A model generated the notes under the pieces. The model searched no databases and was not told where the DNA came from. It was given only the letters and a program-made list of their open reading frames with translations. The position numbers and the translations under genes are program-made. Shown here in pieces: positions 1 to 11,885 of a stretch of 64,000 nucleotides of DNA (the stretch's first letter is position 1; each line of letters opens with the position of its first letter). This DNA is from Trueperaceae bacterium. Lineage in GTDB: Bacteria; Deinococcota; Deinococci; Deinococcales; Trueperaceae. Location of the stretch: NCBI GenBank assembly GCA_965213705.1, contig OZ243913.1, forward strand, positions 3,744,001 through 3,808,000, given 5' to 3'.

Positions 1-41
1 TGCGCTCGTACAGAGGTGGGTGCCAGTTCAAGGGAGGCAAA

Positions 42-2981
42 ATGAAGCTAGCACTAAGGCTGCTGACGTTGTGCCTGTTCGCGCTTTTTGTGGTGTCGTG
101 TAACACCACGAGCGTGACCGAGCCGACCGAAGTTCCAATCCTCACCGACGCCGACATAGACGCGGCCGTTATGCTGGACATGACGAGCGGGCAAGCCGAG
201 CGAGTTGAACTTTCGCAAGGCGGCGCGACCCAGCTCGACTTGTCCACGGGTTCCGCGCCGAGCGCGCTGGACCGGGCGCTGAGCGAGTTGCGCGCGAGCA
301 AACTGCCGGCGAGCAGCGGGCTCGAGCCCCTGGACATCACCTTCGACGCGCCGGGTTATTTGGCTTACGTCGAAACCGAGTCCGACATGTACACCATCCG
401 CATCCGCACCACGCGGCAAGGCGAGGCGGGCTACCCCAACCGCAAGCTCATCTACCGGGGCACCCGCGTGGTCGACTCGGTCGCGGTGAGTCAAGACGGC
501 CGTTTTATCAGCTTTATCGTTCAAGACAGAAACGGCAACTCGGAAGTTTATGCTTACGACGGCAGCGGCAGCGTCTTCGGGCAGGAGCAGTTCTCGCAGC
601 TCACCGCAACCGAAGCCGACGAAAGCAACTTGTCGATGTCCTTAGACGGCAAGACGCTGGCTTGGCAGGGCGTCAACGAAGGCGAGGGCGACGCGGCCGA
701 CTTCTCCAACTTCACGGTCGTCAACTTCGACTTGAGCGTGCCTTCAGCCTCACAGTTGACGTTCAACTTCGGCGAGTTGGGCGTCTTCGACCCCTCGCTG
801 AGCGGTGACGGACAGTTTGTCGCTTTCGTCGCAGACTTCGGCGGCCTGGTCAACCCGAGCCAGAACCTCCTCGCAATTATCCCCAGCGACGCTTCGGACG
901 ACGCCGCGGGCCTCTACGCTGGAGACATCCACGACCCCAGCTTGACCCTGAACGGTAACCAACTCATGTTCGAAATCGTCGCAGACGGCACGGACCTCGT
1001 CGTCTTCGACAACAGCGTCACGGCGAACGTCTTAGCGGCGGCACCGACACCCTCAATCAATCATCCTTACGTCACCTCGGACGGGCTTTACTTTACCTAC
1101 GCGCTGGACGGCGACATCTTGACCAGCACCGTCGACGTTGACGACCCCGGCAGCGCCGAGGTCGACGTGGTCGACGACGACGGCGGCAACAGCCAGCCCT
1201 ACTGGGCCAAAGTCGGCTTTGACGTTCGCAACGTCGCCACGACCTTCGGCCGGGCCGAGTTTACCCGCCCCGACGACGGCAGCGGCTTGACCGACGAGGA
1301 GCGCACCTCGCGCTACCGCCCCTTTACCTTTACAGTTCCGGTCACGGACTTTTACAGAATTGACAGCAGCCAAGACTTCGACGGCTTCATCTTGCTGTAC
1401 GAAGGTAGTTTCGACCCTGAAAACCCCGAAGAGAACCTTGTCGCCCAGAACGACGACTTCGGCGGCAGCTTTGACCCGGACGAGGGCGGCAACTCGCGAA
1501 TTAACGCCGAACTCGAGGCGGGTCAAACTTATAACCTCGTCACCACGGCTTGCGGCGACCCCGACGCGGGTTGTGGCCCGGATGAAGGCTACTTCGTCAC
1601 CTTGATTACGCGCACCGGCGTCGCGCCGCTGCCGCCCGACATCCTGCCCGAGCCCGACGACTCGCGCTACAACATCACCCTGCGCTTTGTGACCGACAAC
1701 CTGACCGACGCGCAAAAAGAGGTCTTTGTGGGCGCGGCCGAGCGTTGGGAAGCCATCATCACCGACGACCTGCAAAACATTCCCGGCTTTACCCTGACCC
1801 AGGACTTCAGCTTTCCCGACACGCCGCCGGTCGAAGGCACCGTCGACGACCTTCTTATCGACGTGGCCTTCAACGACTTAGACGGCCCCGGCGGCCTGCT
1901 CGGCCGCGCCGGTCCGCGCTTCATCCGCGACGGCACCGACGACGACCCGCTCTCCATTTACGGCATCATGGAGTTCGACATCAACGAGTTCGGCGCGGGC
2001 GGCTTCTTCGACGACATGCAGCAGTACCAAGACGTCATCGTCCACGAGATGGGCCACGTCATCGGTATCGGTACGCTGTGGCAACTTACCGGCAACACCG
2101 ACGGCGTCATGAGCGATCCGCCGACCGTACCGCCCGGACTGCCCAACCCCGATTACGACCCCCGCTTTACCGGTGAGGGCGCTGTCCGGGAGTACCAAGA
2201 ACTGCTGGAGATGGCCGGTTACGACCAAGAGGACACCGTGCCCATCGCCAACACCGGCGGTCCCGGCAACTACAACGGCCACTGGCGCGAAATCACCTTC
2301 GACGACGAACTCATGACGCCCTACGCGGGCGGCGCGGAACTGCTCTCGCGCATGACCGCAGCGAGCTTGGGCGACTTGGGCTACGTCGTCGACACCGAGT
2401 CCGACGCCATCGACAAAGACTACATGCTGCCGCCGCCGCGCGTCCCGGGCGTGTTCAGGCAAACCGCCCCCGACGAGGTGACCTACCAAGAAGCCAAAGA
2501 CTTCCTCGCCCCGCGCGATTCGGTCAAGGCAACCGTCCAGGATGCGGTCGTCAACGTCGACCTGAACTTGGACGATTTGGAAAACTCGACGAGCGGCTGT
2601 GAAGCAGAAGACTTCGGCAGTGACGTAAGCGGCAACATCGCGCTCGTGCGCCGCGGCACGTGCGCTTTTGAACTCAAAGTGTTGAACGCTCAAGCGGCGG
2701 GCGCGACCGGCGTCATCATCATGAACCAGGGCAACGCGCCCGACCGCGTCGGCCTGCTCGACCCGACCCTCGGTGACGCCTCGGACACCATCCCGGTCGT
2801 CTTCGTCACCTATGACCTCGGCGTCGACCTGGCGAACACCGAAGGCTTGGAAGTCTTCATCGACACCGGCGTTGAAGACAGTGGTTTGTCCACTGCCATG
2901 CTGAAACCCAGCTTCGACGAAGAACTCTTGCTGCCCATCGGCACCGTCGGTCCGGACGGCAAGATCACGCTGTTCAAGTAA
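42..2981 (+). CDS. Large lipoprotein zinc metallopeptidase: TolB-like propeller region, PPC-like domain, leishmanolysin (M8)-like catalytic domain with PA domain
   Basis: Lipobox VVSC; repeated PSLSGDG-type TolB motifs; HEMGHVIG zinc motif with HWRE..DELMTPY; C-terminal GNIALVRRGTCAFELKVLNAQAAGA PA motif; GGGAGG RBS. Confidence 0.8.
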   Translation: MKLALRLLTLCLFALFVVSCNTTSVTEPTEVPILTDADIDAAVMLDMTSGQAERVELSQGGATQLDLSTGSAPSALDRALSELRASKLPASSGLEPLDITFDAPGYLAYVETESDMYTIRIRTTRQGEAGYPNRKLIYRGTRVVDSVAVSQDGRFISFIVQDRNGNSEVYAYDGSGSVFGQEQFSQLTATEADESNLSMSLDGKTLAWQGVNEGEGDAADFSNFTVVNFDLSVPSASQLTFNFGELGVFDPSLSGDGQFVAFVADFGGLVNPSQNLLAIIPSDASDDAAGLYAGDIHDPSLTLNGNQLMFEIVADGTDLVVFDNSVTANVLAAAPTPSINHPYVTSDGLYFTYALDGDILTSTVDVDDPGSAEVDVVDDDGGNSQPYWAKVGFDVRNVATTFGRAEFTRPDDGSGLTDEERTSRYRPFTFTVPVTDFYRIDSSQDFDGFILLYEGSFDPENPEENLVAQNDDFGGSFDPDEGGNSRINAELEAGQTYNLVTTACGDPDAGCGPDEGYFVTLITRTGVAPLPPDILPEPDDSRYNITLRFVTDNLTDAQKEVFVGAAERWEAIITDDLQNIPGFTLTQDFSFPDTPPVEGTVDDLLIDVAFNDLDGPGGLLGRAGPRFIRDGTDDDPLSIYGIMEFDINEFGAGGFFDDMQQYQDVIVHEMGHVIGIGTLWQLTGNTDGVMSDPPTVPPGLPNPDYDPRFTGEGAVREYQELLEMAGYDQEDTVPIANTGGPGNYNGHWREITFDDELMTPYAGGAELLSRMTAASLGDLGYVVDTESDAIDKDYMLPPPRVPGVFRQTAPDEVTYQEAKDFLAPRDSVKATVQDAVVNVDLNLDDLENSTSGCEAEDFGSDVSGNIALVRRGTCAFELKVLNAQAAGATGVIIMNQGNAPDRVGLLDPTLGDASDTIPVVFVTYDLGVDLANTEGLEVFIDTGVEDSGLSTAMLKPSFDEELLLPIGTVGPDGKITLFK

Positions 2982-3013
2982 GCACGTTCAAGTAAGCTTT
3001 CCAAGCCTCTAGC

Positions 3014-3041
3014 CAGGCCGCCCACAAGGGCGGCCTGTTTT
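3014..3041 (+). terminator. Intrinsic terminator
   Basis: CAGGCCGCCC-ACAA-GGGCGGCCTG followed by TTTT. Confidence 0.85.
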
Positions 3042-3091
3042 GTTGACGCCGGGCGGCCTTACCCGCTTGCCCCGTGCGGTAGACTCCACTC

Positions 3092-3598
3092 GTGTCGCCC
3101 GCCGCGCCCTCGAGCCCCAAAACACCCCTCGTCGCCGACGTCACGCTGACACGAACCGACCTCGAGACCTACAACTGGGTGCTGGCATTGGAACGGCCCG
3201 TGCTGCCCTTTTTCATGTACACCTTCGCGCTGCTGTTGCTGGCCGACCTGTTCCGGGTCTGGTCGGACGCGCGGCTTTACGCCTTCGCGGTCCTGGTGCC
3301 CGCGCTCGGCTACTTGCTGTTCGTCAAGCTCAGCAGCCTTGCGGTGTGGCGGCGCTACCCGGAACTGCGCGAGCCCAAACGCTACACCTTCAAAAAAGAC
3401 GCTTATCAGCTCAAACAAGCGGGCAAAACGGTGAGCGTTCCTTACGCGGACGTTGCGCGCGTGCTCGAGTCGCGCCGCGCCTACTACCTCGTCCGCATGG
3501 ACGGCAGCGCCGATATTCTGCCGAAGGGGGCAATTGAGGAGGGGGTGCTCGAGGGTTTGTTGAAAGACCGGTCTTGGAAGCGCTCGAGCTTCCTGTAG
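3092..3598 (+). CDS. YcxB-like membrane protein (leaderless)
   Basis: Two TM helices then a soluble domain ending VLESRRAYYL...ILPK; TAGACT 6 nt before GTG. Confidence 0.65.
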   Translation: MSPAAPSSPKTPLVADVTLTRTDLETYNWVLALERPVLPFFMYTFALLLLADLFRVWSDARLYAFAVLVPALGYLLFVKLSSLAVWRRYPELREPKRYTFKKDAYQLKQAGKTVSVPYADVARVLESRRAYYLVRMDGSADILPKGAIEEGVLEGLLKDRSWKRSSFL

Positions 3599-3601
3599 AT
3601 C

Positions 3602-3635
3602 AAAAAAGGTCGGGGCGACCCGCAGGCCGCCCCGA
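3602..3635 (-). terminator. Intrinsic terminator of symporter operon
   Basis: TCGGGGCG/CGCCCCGA stem with a 6-T tail on the minus strand. Confidence 0.7.
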
Positions 3636-3640
3636 GTTCT

Positions 3641-3685
3641 AATCCCCCCTGGCCCCCCTTTGGAAAAGGGGGACCGAGGGGGATT
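3641..3685. repeat. REP-like nested palindrome
   Basis: AATCCCCC...CCCCCTTT-GGA-AAAGGGGG...GGGGGATT between convergent genes. Confidence 0.55.
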
Positions 3686-3687
3686 CC

Positions 3688-5361
3688 TCAGTCGTGCGCC
3701 GTTGCGCCCCCCGCCCCGCGCGGGTAACGGATGCCCTCGACGAAGTTCTGCATTTCCGTTGACGGCTCCTCGGTCATGCGCGAAATCGTGTAGGTGAGGA
3801 TGAAGTTAATCAGCATGCCCACCGTGCCGATGCCCTGCGGGCTGATGCCGAACAGCCAGGGCTCCCAGCGGATGCCGATGCCGGGCGCGGTCGTGATGAT
3901 GTAAAAGGCGGTAAACACGATGCCGACAATCATGCCCGTGACCGCGCCAGTCCGGTTGGTGCGCTTGTCGAAAATGCCCAGCACGATGGCCGGGAAAAAG
4001 CTCGCCGCCGCCAAGCCGAACGCAAACGCGACCACCTCACCCACGAACCCCGGCGGGTAAATTCCCAACAGGCCCGCAATCACGACCGCGAACAGCACGG
4101 AAATACGCGCTACCACGAGTTCGTTGGCCTCGGTCGCGTCGGGGCGGATAAACTTTTTATAGATGTCGTGGGCAATCGAACTGGCAATCACCAGCAGCAA
4201 CCCCGACGCGGTCGAGAGCGCCGCCGCCAAACCGCCCGCCACCACAAAAGCGATAATCCAGGGCGGCAAGTTGGCGATTTCGGGGTTGGCGAGCACCATG
4301 ATGTCGTTGTCGATGGTGAGTTCGTTGGCGTCGCCGCGCACGTACTGCACCAGGCCGTCGCCGTTTTTGTCGTTGATGGTGAGCAAACCGGTTTCTTGCC
4401 AGTTCGTCACCCACTGCGGCAGGTCGTCGATAGACGCGTTGCTCACGGTCTGAATCATGTTGAACTTGGCAAAGGTGGCAATCGCCGGGGCGGTCGTGTA
4501 CAAGATGCCGATAAAGAGCAGCGCCCAAAAACCGGTCCAGCGCGCGCCCGTCACGCTGCGCGCCGTGTAAAAGCGGATGATGACGTGGGGCAAGCCGGCG
4601 GTGCCGCACATCAAGGCCATCGTGATGAGAAAGACGTTCAACGGACTCAAACTGTTAAAAGGCGAGGTGTACTGACCGAAGCCCAAGTCGGCCTGAATCG
4701 TGTCGAGCCTACCGGCGACCTCCATAAACGCGAGTTGCGGCACCGGGTTGCCGGTCAGCGTGTTGGCGATGGCAACGGCCGGGATGATGTAGGCGAGGAT
4801 CAACACGAGGTACTGTGCGACTTGTGTGTAAGTGATGCCCTTCATGCCGCCCAGCGTCGCGTAGGTCGCCACAATCGCCATGCCGATGACGACGCCCCAC
4901 AGGATGTCGATCTCCAAAAAGCGGCTGAAGGCGATGCCCACCCCGCGCATTTGCCCGGCGACGTAGGTGAACGACACGAAAATAGCGCAGATGGCGGCCA
5001 CCAGGCGCGCCGTGCCCGACTCATAGCGGTCGCCGATAAATTCGGGCACCGTAAACTTGCCGAACTTGCGCAAGTATGGGGCGAGCAGCAGCGCCAGCAG
5101 CACGTAACCGCCGGTCCAGCCGAGCAGGTAGATCGCGCCGTCGAAACCGTTGCGCGCCAGCGCGATGAGTCCGGCCATCGACAGAAACGAGGCCGCCGAC
5201 ATCCAGTCGGCGGCGGTCGCCATGCCGTTGAAAATAGACGGGATGCCGCGCCCCGCCACGTAAAAGCCCGAAGTCGTCGAGACCCGCGACCAAATGGCGA
5301 TGCCGATGTACAACCCGAAGGTCACGATGACGAAAATAGCGGTCAAACCGAGTTGGCTCAT
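3688..5361 (-). CDS. Sodium:solute symporter, ActP-like (probable acetate/monocarboxylate permease)
   Basis: NGMATAADWMSAASF, GTAGLPHVIIRFY motifs; many TM helices; next to acs genes. Confidence 0.9.
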   Translation of the reverse strand: MSQLGLTAIFVIVTFGLYIGIAIWSRVSTTSGFYVAGRGIPSIFNGMATAADWMSAASFLSMAGLIALARNGFDGAIYLLGWTGGYVLLALLLAPYLRKFGKFTVPEFIGDRYESGTARLVAAICAIFVSFTYVAGQMRGVGIAFSRFLEIDILWGVVIGMAIVATYATLGGMKGITYTQVAQYLVLILAYIIPAVAIANTLTGNPVPQLAFMEVAGRLDTIQADLGFGQYTSPFNSLSPLNVFLITMALMCGTAGLPHVIIRFYTARSVTGARWTGFWALLFIGILYTTAPAIATFAKFNMIQTVSNASIDDLPQWVTNWQETGLLTINDKNGDGLVQYVRGDANELTIDNDIMVLANPEIANLPPWIIAFVVAGGLAAALSTASGLLLVIASSIAHDIYKKFIRPDATEANELVVARISVLFAVVIAGLLGIYPPGFVGEVVAFAFGLAAASFFPAIVLGIFDKRTNRTGAVTGMIVGIVFTAFYIITTAPGIGIRWEPWLFGISPQGIGTVGMLINFILTYTISRMTEEPSTEMQNFVEGIRYPRGAGGATAHD

Positions 5362-5621
5362 CAGCCCTCCACGTCAAATTCTCTGTCAAGCCGGTTCATG
5401 CTGAGGCAGTAAATGAGAATCAGCAGGATAAACACGTAAATCGCGCCGTTTTGCGCAATCCAAAAGCCCAAGGGGCCGCCCAAAAAGGTGATTGAGTTGA
5501 GCGCCGGGGCGAAAATGATGGCGAGTACATAACCGACGATGAACCAAATGGCGAGCAGCGTCAGGGTCAACCTGATGTTGCGCCGCCAGTAAGCCTCGAG
5601 GCGTTCTTTGGTAGGTTCCAC
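5361..5621 (-). CDS. Small symporter-associated membrane protein (DUF4212-like)
   Basis: AYWRRNIRL..GGPLGFWIAQNG..MNRLDREF; TGATG coupling to symporter; AGGAGG RBS. Confidence 0.85.
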   Translation of the reverse strand: MEPTKERLEAYWRRNIRLTLTLLAIWFIVGYVLAIIFAPALNSITFLGGPLGFWIAQNGAIYVFILLILIYCLSMNRLDREFDVEG

Positions 5622-5653
5622 GTTTCCTCCTAAAAGTTGAGTACCAAAAAGTT

Positions 5654-5677
5654 AAGTACCGAGTACCGAGTGAAAAG
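5654..5677 (+). repeat. Dispersed AGTACCG heptamer-based repeat copy
   Basis: AAGTACCGAGTACCGAGTGAAAAG is identical to 52668-52691; partial copy near 41398. Confidence 0.8.
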
Positions 5678-5779
5678 TTGAAGGTTTTGGCCCCTCCGCT
5701 CCCTTTCTCCTCCGCTTCACGTTTTCTCATACTTGTAGCGGTAGGTGAACTGAGCCCATGCAACGTTACATCTGGAGCT

Positions 5780-7669
5780 TCACGTCTCGAGCGTGGACAA
5801 GTCGCCGGGGTCTTGCCCCAACTCGCGAGCTTTGAGGAGTCGGCGCATGATTTTGCCGCTCCGGGTTTTGGGCAAACCGTCTACAAAGGTCACCTCCGCA
5901 GGCGTAGCGATAGGTCCGAGTTCGTCCCGGACGTGAGAAATCAAGGTTTTGGAGAGGGCGTCGCCGGACGTAAAACCGTCTCGCAGGACCACGTAGGCCT
6001 TGATGGCCTCGCCCTTGATGTCGTCGGGCACGCCGACGACCGCCGACTCGGCGACCGCCTCGTGCGAGACTAAGGCCGACTCGACATCGGCCGTGCCTAT
6101 TCGGTGACCGGACACGTTCAGCACGTCGTCGGCGCGGCCGAGCACGCTGAAACGACCCGCTTCGTCGCGCACGGCGATGTCCCCGGTAAGGTACAAGCCG
6201 GGCACTTCGGTCCACGCCTCCTCGTAGCGCTCGGGCGCGTTGTAAACCGTGCGGAGCATGTGCGGAAACGGCCGCTTCAGCGCCAGCAGCCCACCCGTAT
6301 TGGGCGGCAGCGATTGCCCGGCAGCGTCCACCACGTCGGCCTCGACCCCCGGCAAGGGTCGGCCCACGAAACCCGGCTTGTGCTCTTGCACAGCCAGCGT
6401 GCCCAGCGTCGGCCCACCGAGTTCGGTCTGCCACCAGTTGTCCATGACGTAGCCGTGCTCGCCCATGAGGTGCCGCTGCGCCCAGCGAAACGCCTCGGGG
6501 TTCAGCGGCTCGCCCGCGCAGGCGAGGATGCGCAACGTGGAGAGGTCGTAACGCGCCGGATACGCCTCACCCAAACGCATCCACATCCGCACCGCGGTCG
6601 GCGCGGTGAACATGGCGGTGACGCCGTACTTTTCGACGATGTCCCAGGTGATGCCCCCGTGCGGCGTGTCGGGGGCGCCCTCTCTAAAAATCGTCGTCAC
6701 GCCGCCGACCAGTGGCGCGTAGGTGATGTAACTGTGTCCGACCACCCAACCGATGTCGCTCATACAGTAAAACACGTCGTCCGGCCCGAGGTCGAAAAAG
6801 GTTTGCAGGTGATAGGCCGTGCCGACCATGTAGCCGCCGTGAACGTGGACGACGCCCTTGGGCGTGCCGGTCGTGCCGGAGGTGTAGAGGATATAGAGGG
6901 GATGTTCGGCCTCGACACTCTCCGCCGGGCAGTCGGCGGGGTGCTCGAGCAAGTCATCGAAATCGACCTCATGTTCCGCGAGGTCTTTTTTGGGCCGTTG
7001 CCGCTGAAACACGACGACTTGGGGTGAGGGCTCCAAACCCGCCACCGCCTTGTCGGTGATGGTTTTCAAATCGACCGTCTTACCACGTCGATACCCCACG
7101 TCCCCGGTGATGACGACCTTGGCCCCAGCGTCTTCAATGCGTGAACGCAGCGCGCCCGCCGCGAAACCCGCATAGACCACGCTGTGAACCGCCCCGATGC
7201 GCGCGCAGGCCAGCATCGAGGCGACGCCCTCAATAGTCAAAGGCATGTAGATGACGACGCGGTCACCCTTCGCCACACCGAGCGCCTTGAGCCCGTTGGC
7301 GAGTCGGCAGACCAGCGCCAGCAGCAGCCCGTAAGTGACGGTGCGTTCGAGGCCGTCTTCACCGAGCCACAGCAACGCGACCTTGTTTTTGTTCCCATTT
7401 TCAACGTGCCGGTCGAGCGCGTTCAGGGTGATGTTCGTCTCGCCGCCCTCGAACCAGCGGTGGTTGACGCCGTCGAAGCTGCGTACCTCACGCCACGGAG
7501 TAGTCCACCAAAAGGTCGCGGCGACCTCCGCCCAAAAAGCCTCATTGTCCTCTACGGAACGTTTGTAAACCGCGTCGTAGTCTTGCAGCCTAGCCGCGCG
7601 CCGCACCGCCCCGGGCGGCGTGAACAGCTCTTGCTCGCTCAGCAACGCTTCGATGGACTCAGTCGGCAA
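5780..7669 (-). CDS. acs: Acetate/propionate--CoA ligase (acs paralog 1)
   Basis: [35 protein letters not shown] motifs; TTG start with AGGAG. Confidence 0.9.
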   Translation of the reverse strand: MPTESIEALLSEQELFTPPGAVRRAARLQDYDAVYKRSVEDNEAFWAEVAATFWWTTPWREVRSFDGVNHRWFEGGETNITLNALDRHVENGNKNKVALLWLGEDGLERTVTYGLLLALVCRLANGLKALGVAKGDRVVIYMPLTIEGVASMLACARIGAVHSVVYAGFAAGALRSRIEDAGAKVVITGDVGYRRGKTVDLKTITDKAVAGLEPSPQVVVFQRQRPKKDLAEHEVDFDDLLEHPADCPAESVEAEHPLYILYTSGTTGTPKGVVHVHGGYMVGTAYHLQTFFDLGPDDVFYCMSDIGWVVGHSYITYAPLVGGVTTIFREGAPDTPHGGITWDIVEKYGVTAMFTAPTAVRMWMRLGEAYPARYDLSTLRILACAGEPLNPEAFRWAQRHLMGEHGYVMDNWWQTELGGPTLGTLAVQEHKPGFVGRPLPGVEADVVDAAGQSLPPNTGGLLALKRPFPHMLRTVYNAPERYEEAWTEVPGLYLTGDIAVRDEAGRFSVLGRADDVLNVSGHRIGTADVESALVSHEAVAESAVVGVPDDIKGEAIKAYVVLRDGFTSGDALSKTLISHVRDELGPIATPAEVTFVDGLPKTRSGKIMRRLLKARELGQDPGDLSTLET

Positions 7670-7878
7670 AAGCGGCTCCTAAGTATGGCCTGGTGTTACA
7701 AAAAAGCGTGCCCGTCGGTGATTTTGTGTTGCGACATCCTACCTGTAAACGTAAAGCCGCGTCAAGCGTGACTGTAGCCGCGTACAGTTGAAGACAAAAG
7801 GCAGCGTGGGCTATGCTCGGCGTAACACGAAACCCTAGTTTCACGGCCATACCGTGACCCAAGCCAAGGAGGAAACCC

Positions 7879-9912
<2,034 letters not shown>

Positions 9913-9921
9913 GGCGACATC

Positions 9922-9964
9922 AACGCAAGAGGGCGAACCATGCAGTTCGCCCTCTTGCGTTTTT
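9922..9964 (+). terminator. Intrinsic terminator
   Basis: 17-bp perfect stem AACGCAAGAGGGCGAAC/GTTCGCCCTCTTGCGTT plus T run. Confidence 0.9.
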
Positions 9965-9988
9965 GGACAACTAAACAACTTGCTCTCT

Positions 9989-10975
9989 TTAACGCTTTTG
10001 AATCCGGCTGTCCGAAAGTCCAAAAAAGTTGGTGGGGTCGAAGCTTACAGGTGGCTCGGGCGGGGGAAACTGAGTAAGGTCGACAAAGTACCAGTTCAGG
10101 TCCGCGGGGGGCACAGCTGTGAAAACTGTGCCCACAGCTTGGTTAAAGGTGGGGTCGATACCTGTCACTGTGAAGACAACCGTGTTCCAACCTGCTTTAA
10201 GCTCGAGGTTATATTTGCCTCCAGACAAACAGTTTTCTCCAGATTGATACGAAGTGTTTTCAGCAACGTAAAGCCAGACAACAGCCACATCACCCATCTC
10301 CCCTGGACCTGCCAGTGCCCGTTGCGCCGCTGCCTGTGAAGAGGCAAGAACAATTCCCTTAGTTATTTCCGGCTGGTCCCCTATAAATAAAGCAGGGCTG
10401 AAAGCTCCTTCGACCCCCGCGTCGCCAGTACCACACAGCAGGATCGAGGACAGGCTAGCGACCGTTGCGTTGTATGTAAAAGTGAACTCACCCTGCGCCG
10501 AGATGGTGCCATTTCCTAAGGAAGTAAAGTTGAATAGGTCGTAGAAGTTCCTAGCAACAAGCTGAGCCTGCCCAGCACCGTAATCAACCACCTCACCCGT
10601 AAACGACCGCACCGCCTCGCCGTGGTAAGACACCGACACCCCGGCCTCGGCCTGAACTGTTTGCGCCGAGTTTTGCGCGCTACCCTTGGCGGCGACGGCG
10701 TAGCGGTAAACCACGTCGGCTTCCAAAGCCGTGTCCCGGTAGCTCGTCACGTTCGGGCCAACTTCGGCTACTTGAACAAAGTCGCCCTCACCCTCAGCCC
10801 GGAAGACGACGAAGCCCTGCTCATTGTCGCTCTCATCTTGCCAATTTATGTTGATAGCACTGAGTTCCGGCGTCGCCGTAACGTCGCTCGGCGCGGTTAA
10901 GGAAACGGTACCGGGGCAGGCGGTCAGGAAAACCACCAACGCCAACCCCGTTACAGCAGCTTGTACTCTCCTCAT
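9989..10975 (-). CDS. Lipoprotein with fibronectin type III domain and unknown C-terminal domain
   Basis: Start re-set to ATG 10975 (GGAGAGGAG RBS); lipobox LTAC; APSDVTA..W.DESDNEQGF..YRYAV FN3 pattern. Confidence 0.8.
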   Translation of the reverse strand: MRRVQAAVTGLALVVFLTACPGTVSLTAPSDVTATPELSAININWQDESDNEQGFVVFRAEGEGDFVQVAEVGPNVTSYRDTALEADVVYRYAVAAKGSAQNSAQTVQAEAGVSVSYHGEAVRSFTGEVVDYGAGQAQLVARNFYDLFNFTSLGNGTISAQGEFTFTYNATVASLSSILLCGTGDAGVEGAFSPALFIGDQPEITKGIVLASSQAAAQRALAGPGEMGDVAVVWLYVAENTSYQSGENCLSGGKYNLELKAGWNTVVFTVTGIDPTFNQAVGTVFTAVPPADLNWYFVDLTQFPPPEPPVSFDPTNFFGLSDSRIQKR

Positions 10976-11083
10976 GTGAACTCCTCTCCGTATTCGGTCC
11001 AGCAACTCCCCAATTGTTTGAACCAGCGCAAGTTTACCAAAAGCTTGCACAGAGGGGCTTCATCAAAGGGGCTCGAGCCGTTC

Positions 11084-11389
11084 TCAACTCGCCCCCCGGC
11101 GACCCACGAAATAGCCCAAAAGCCCCGTAAACAGCGCAGGCAATACCTGCGCGGCCAGCTCACGCGCTTCCGGCGTGGCGCTCGGCAGGCTGATACTGAT
11201 GAGGCTGAAGACCAACAGCAGCGTTAGGGTGAACAGGGCACCTATAAAGGTGACCCGCTCACGCCACAGCGCGTGGCGGCGGCGCTCGGCGTCGTCTTCG
11301 AGCCGCGCCGAAGTCTCGACCTCGCTCTCGGGCGGAACCAGCTCGAAGGTGCCCTTCAGGCGGCTGCCCGCGTCGAGGTTTTGAGGCAC
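11084..11389 (-). CDS. Small membrane protein, two C-terminal TM helices
   Basis: 101-aa ORF with hydrophobic hairpin ending LLGYFVGR; downstream of RHH gene; start uncertain. Confidence 0.6.
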   Translation of the reverse strand: MPQNLDAGSRLKGTFELVPPESEVETSARLEDDAERRRHALWRERVTFIGALFTLTLLLVFSLISISLPSATPEARELAAQVLPALFTGLLGYFVGRRGAS

Positions 11390-11391
11390 CT

Positions 11392-11510
11392 GTACGGATT
11401 CCGATAATGCACTAAATAAACCTGGAAGAAATTTTTCCGTTCCTTATCGGAATCCGTACTTTTTTCGTCTCGCTACGCTCGGGTTAATTCCTTGGAGAAT
11501 CAACCAGAAA
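11392..11510. repeat. Small intergenic repeat/MITE-like element resembling Deinococcus SRE/SNR repeats
   Basis: Perfect 16-bp inverted repeat GTACGGATTCCGATAA (11392-11407)/TTATCGGAATCCGTAC (11444-11459), then TTTTTTCGTCTCGCTACGCTCGG and a second weak hairpin; family link recalled, not searched. Confidence 0.6.
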
Positions 11511-11515
11511 AGTTA

Positions 11516-11749
11516 TTAGTAGTTGACGATTTCCCGCTCTAACCTCGAGCGGTCTTTGGCGAGGCCCAGGTGATAACCTTCCCCCTTGCCCTCCACCGCG
11601 ATGTCGTAAATGCCTAAGCTGCGCCGCATCACCTCACTTTTGCTGGTGTGGGCGCTGGTGGCTAACTGCTCGAGCTTCTCGTACATCTCCGGGGACAAGC
11701 TCAGGGTGAGGCGAATAGTGTCCTTGGGTTGACCGTTGCTGTTCGACAT
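11516..11749 (-). CDS. Ribbon-helix-helix (CopG-like) DNA-binding protein
   Basis: IRLTLSLSPEMYEKLEQLA...SKSEVMRRSL; AGGAGG RBS before ATG 11749. Confidence 0.8.
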   Translation of the reverse strand: MSNSNGQPKDTIRLTLSLSPEMYEKLEQLATSAHTSKSEVMRRSLGIYDIAVEGKGEGYHLGLAKDRSRLEREIVNY

Positions 11750-11885
11750 AGTTTCAGTTTCCTCCTGAGCGTCAGTGTAACACAGGTGATGCATCGATGA
11801 TGCAGCAAAGCAGCATGGAAGTCGAGAGAAGTTGAGTGGAGGCTTTCTTACCTATACCCACTCAAGCTATGTTTGCCTGCAAAAG

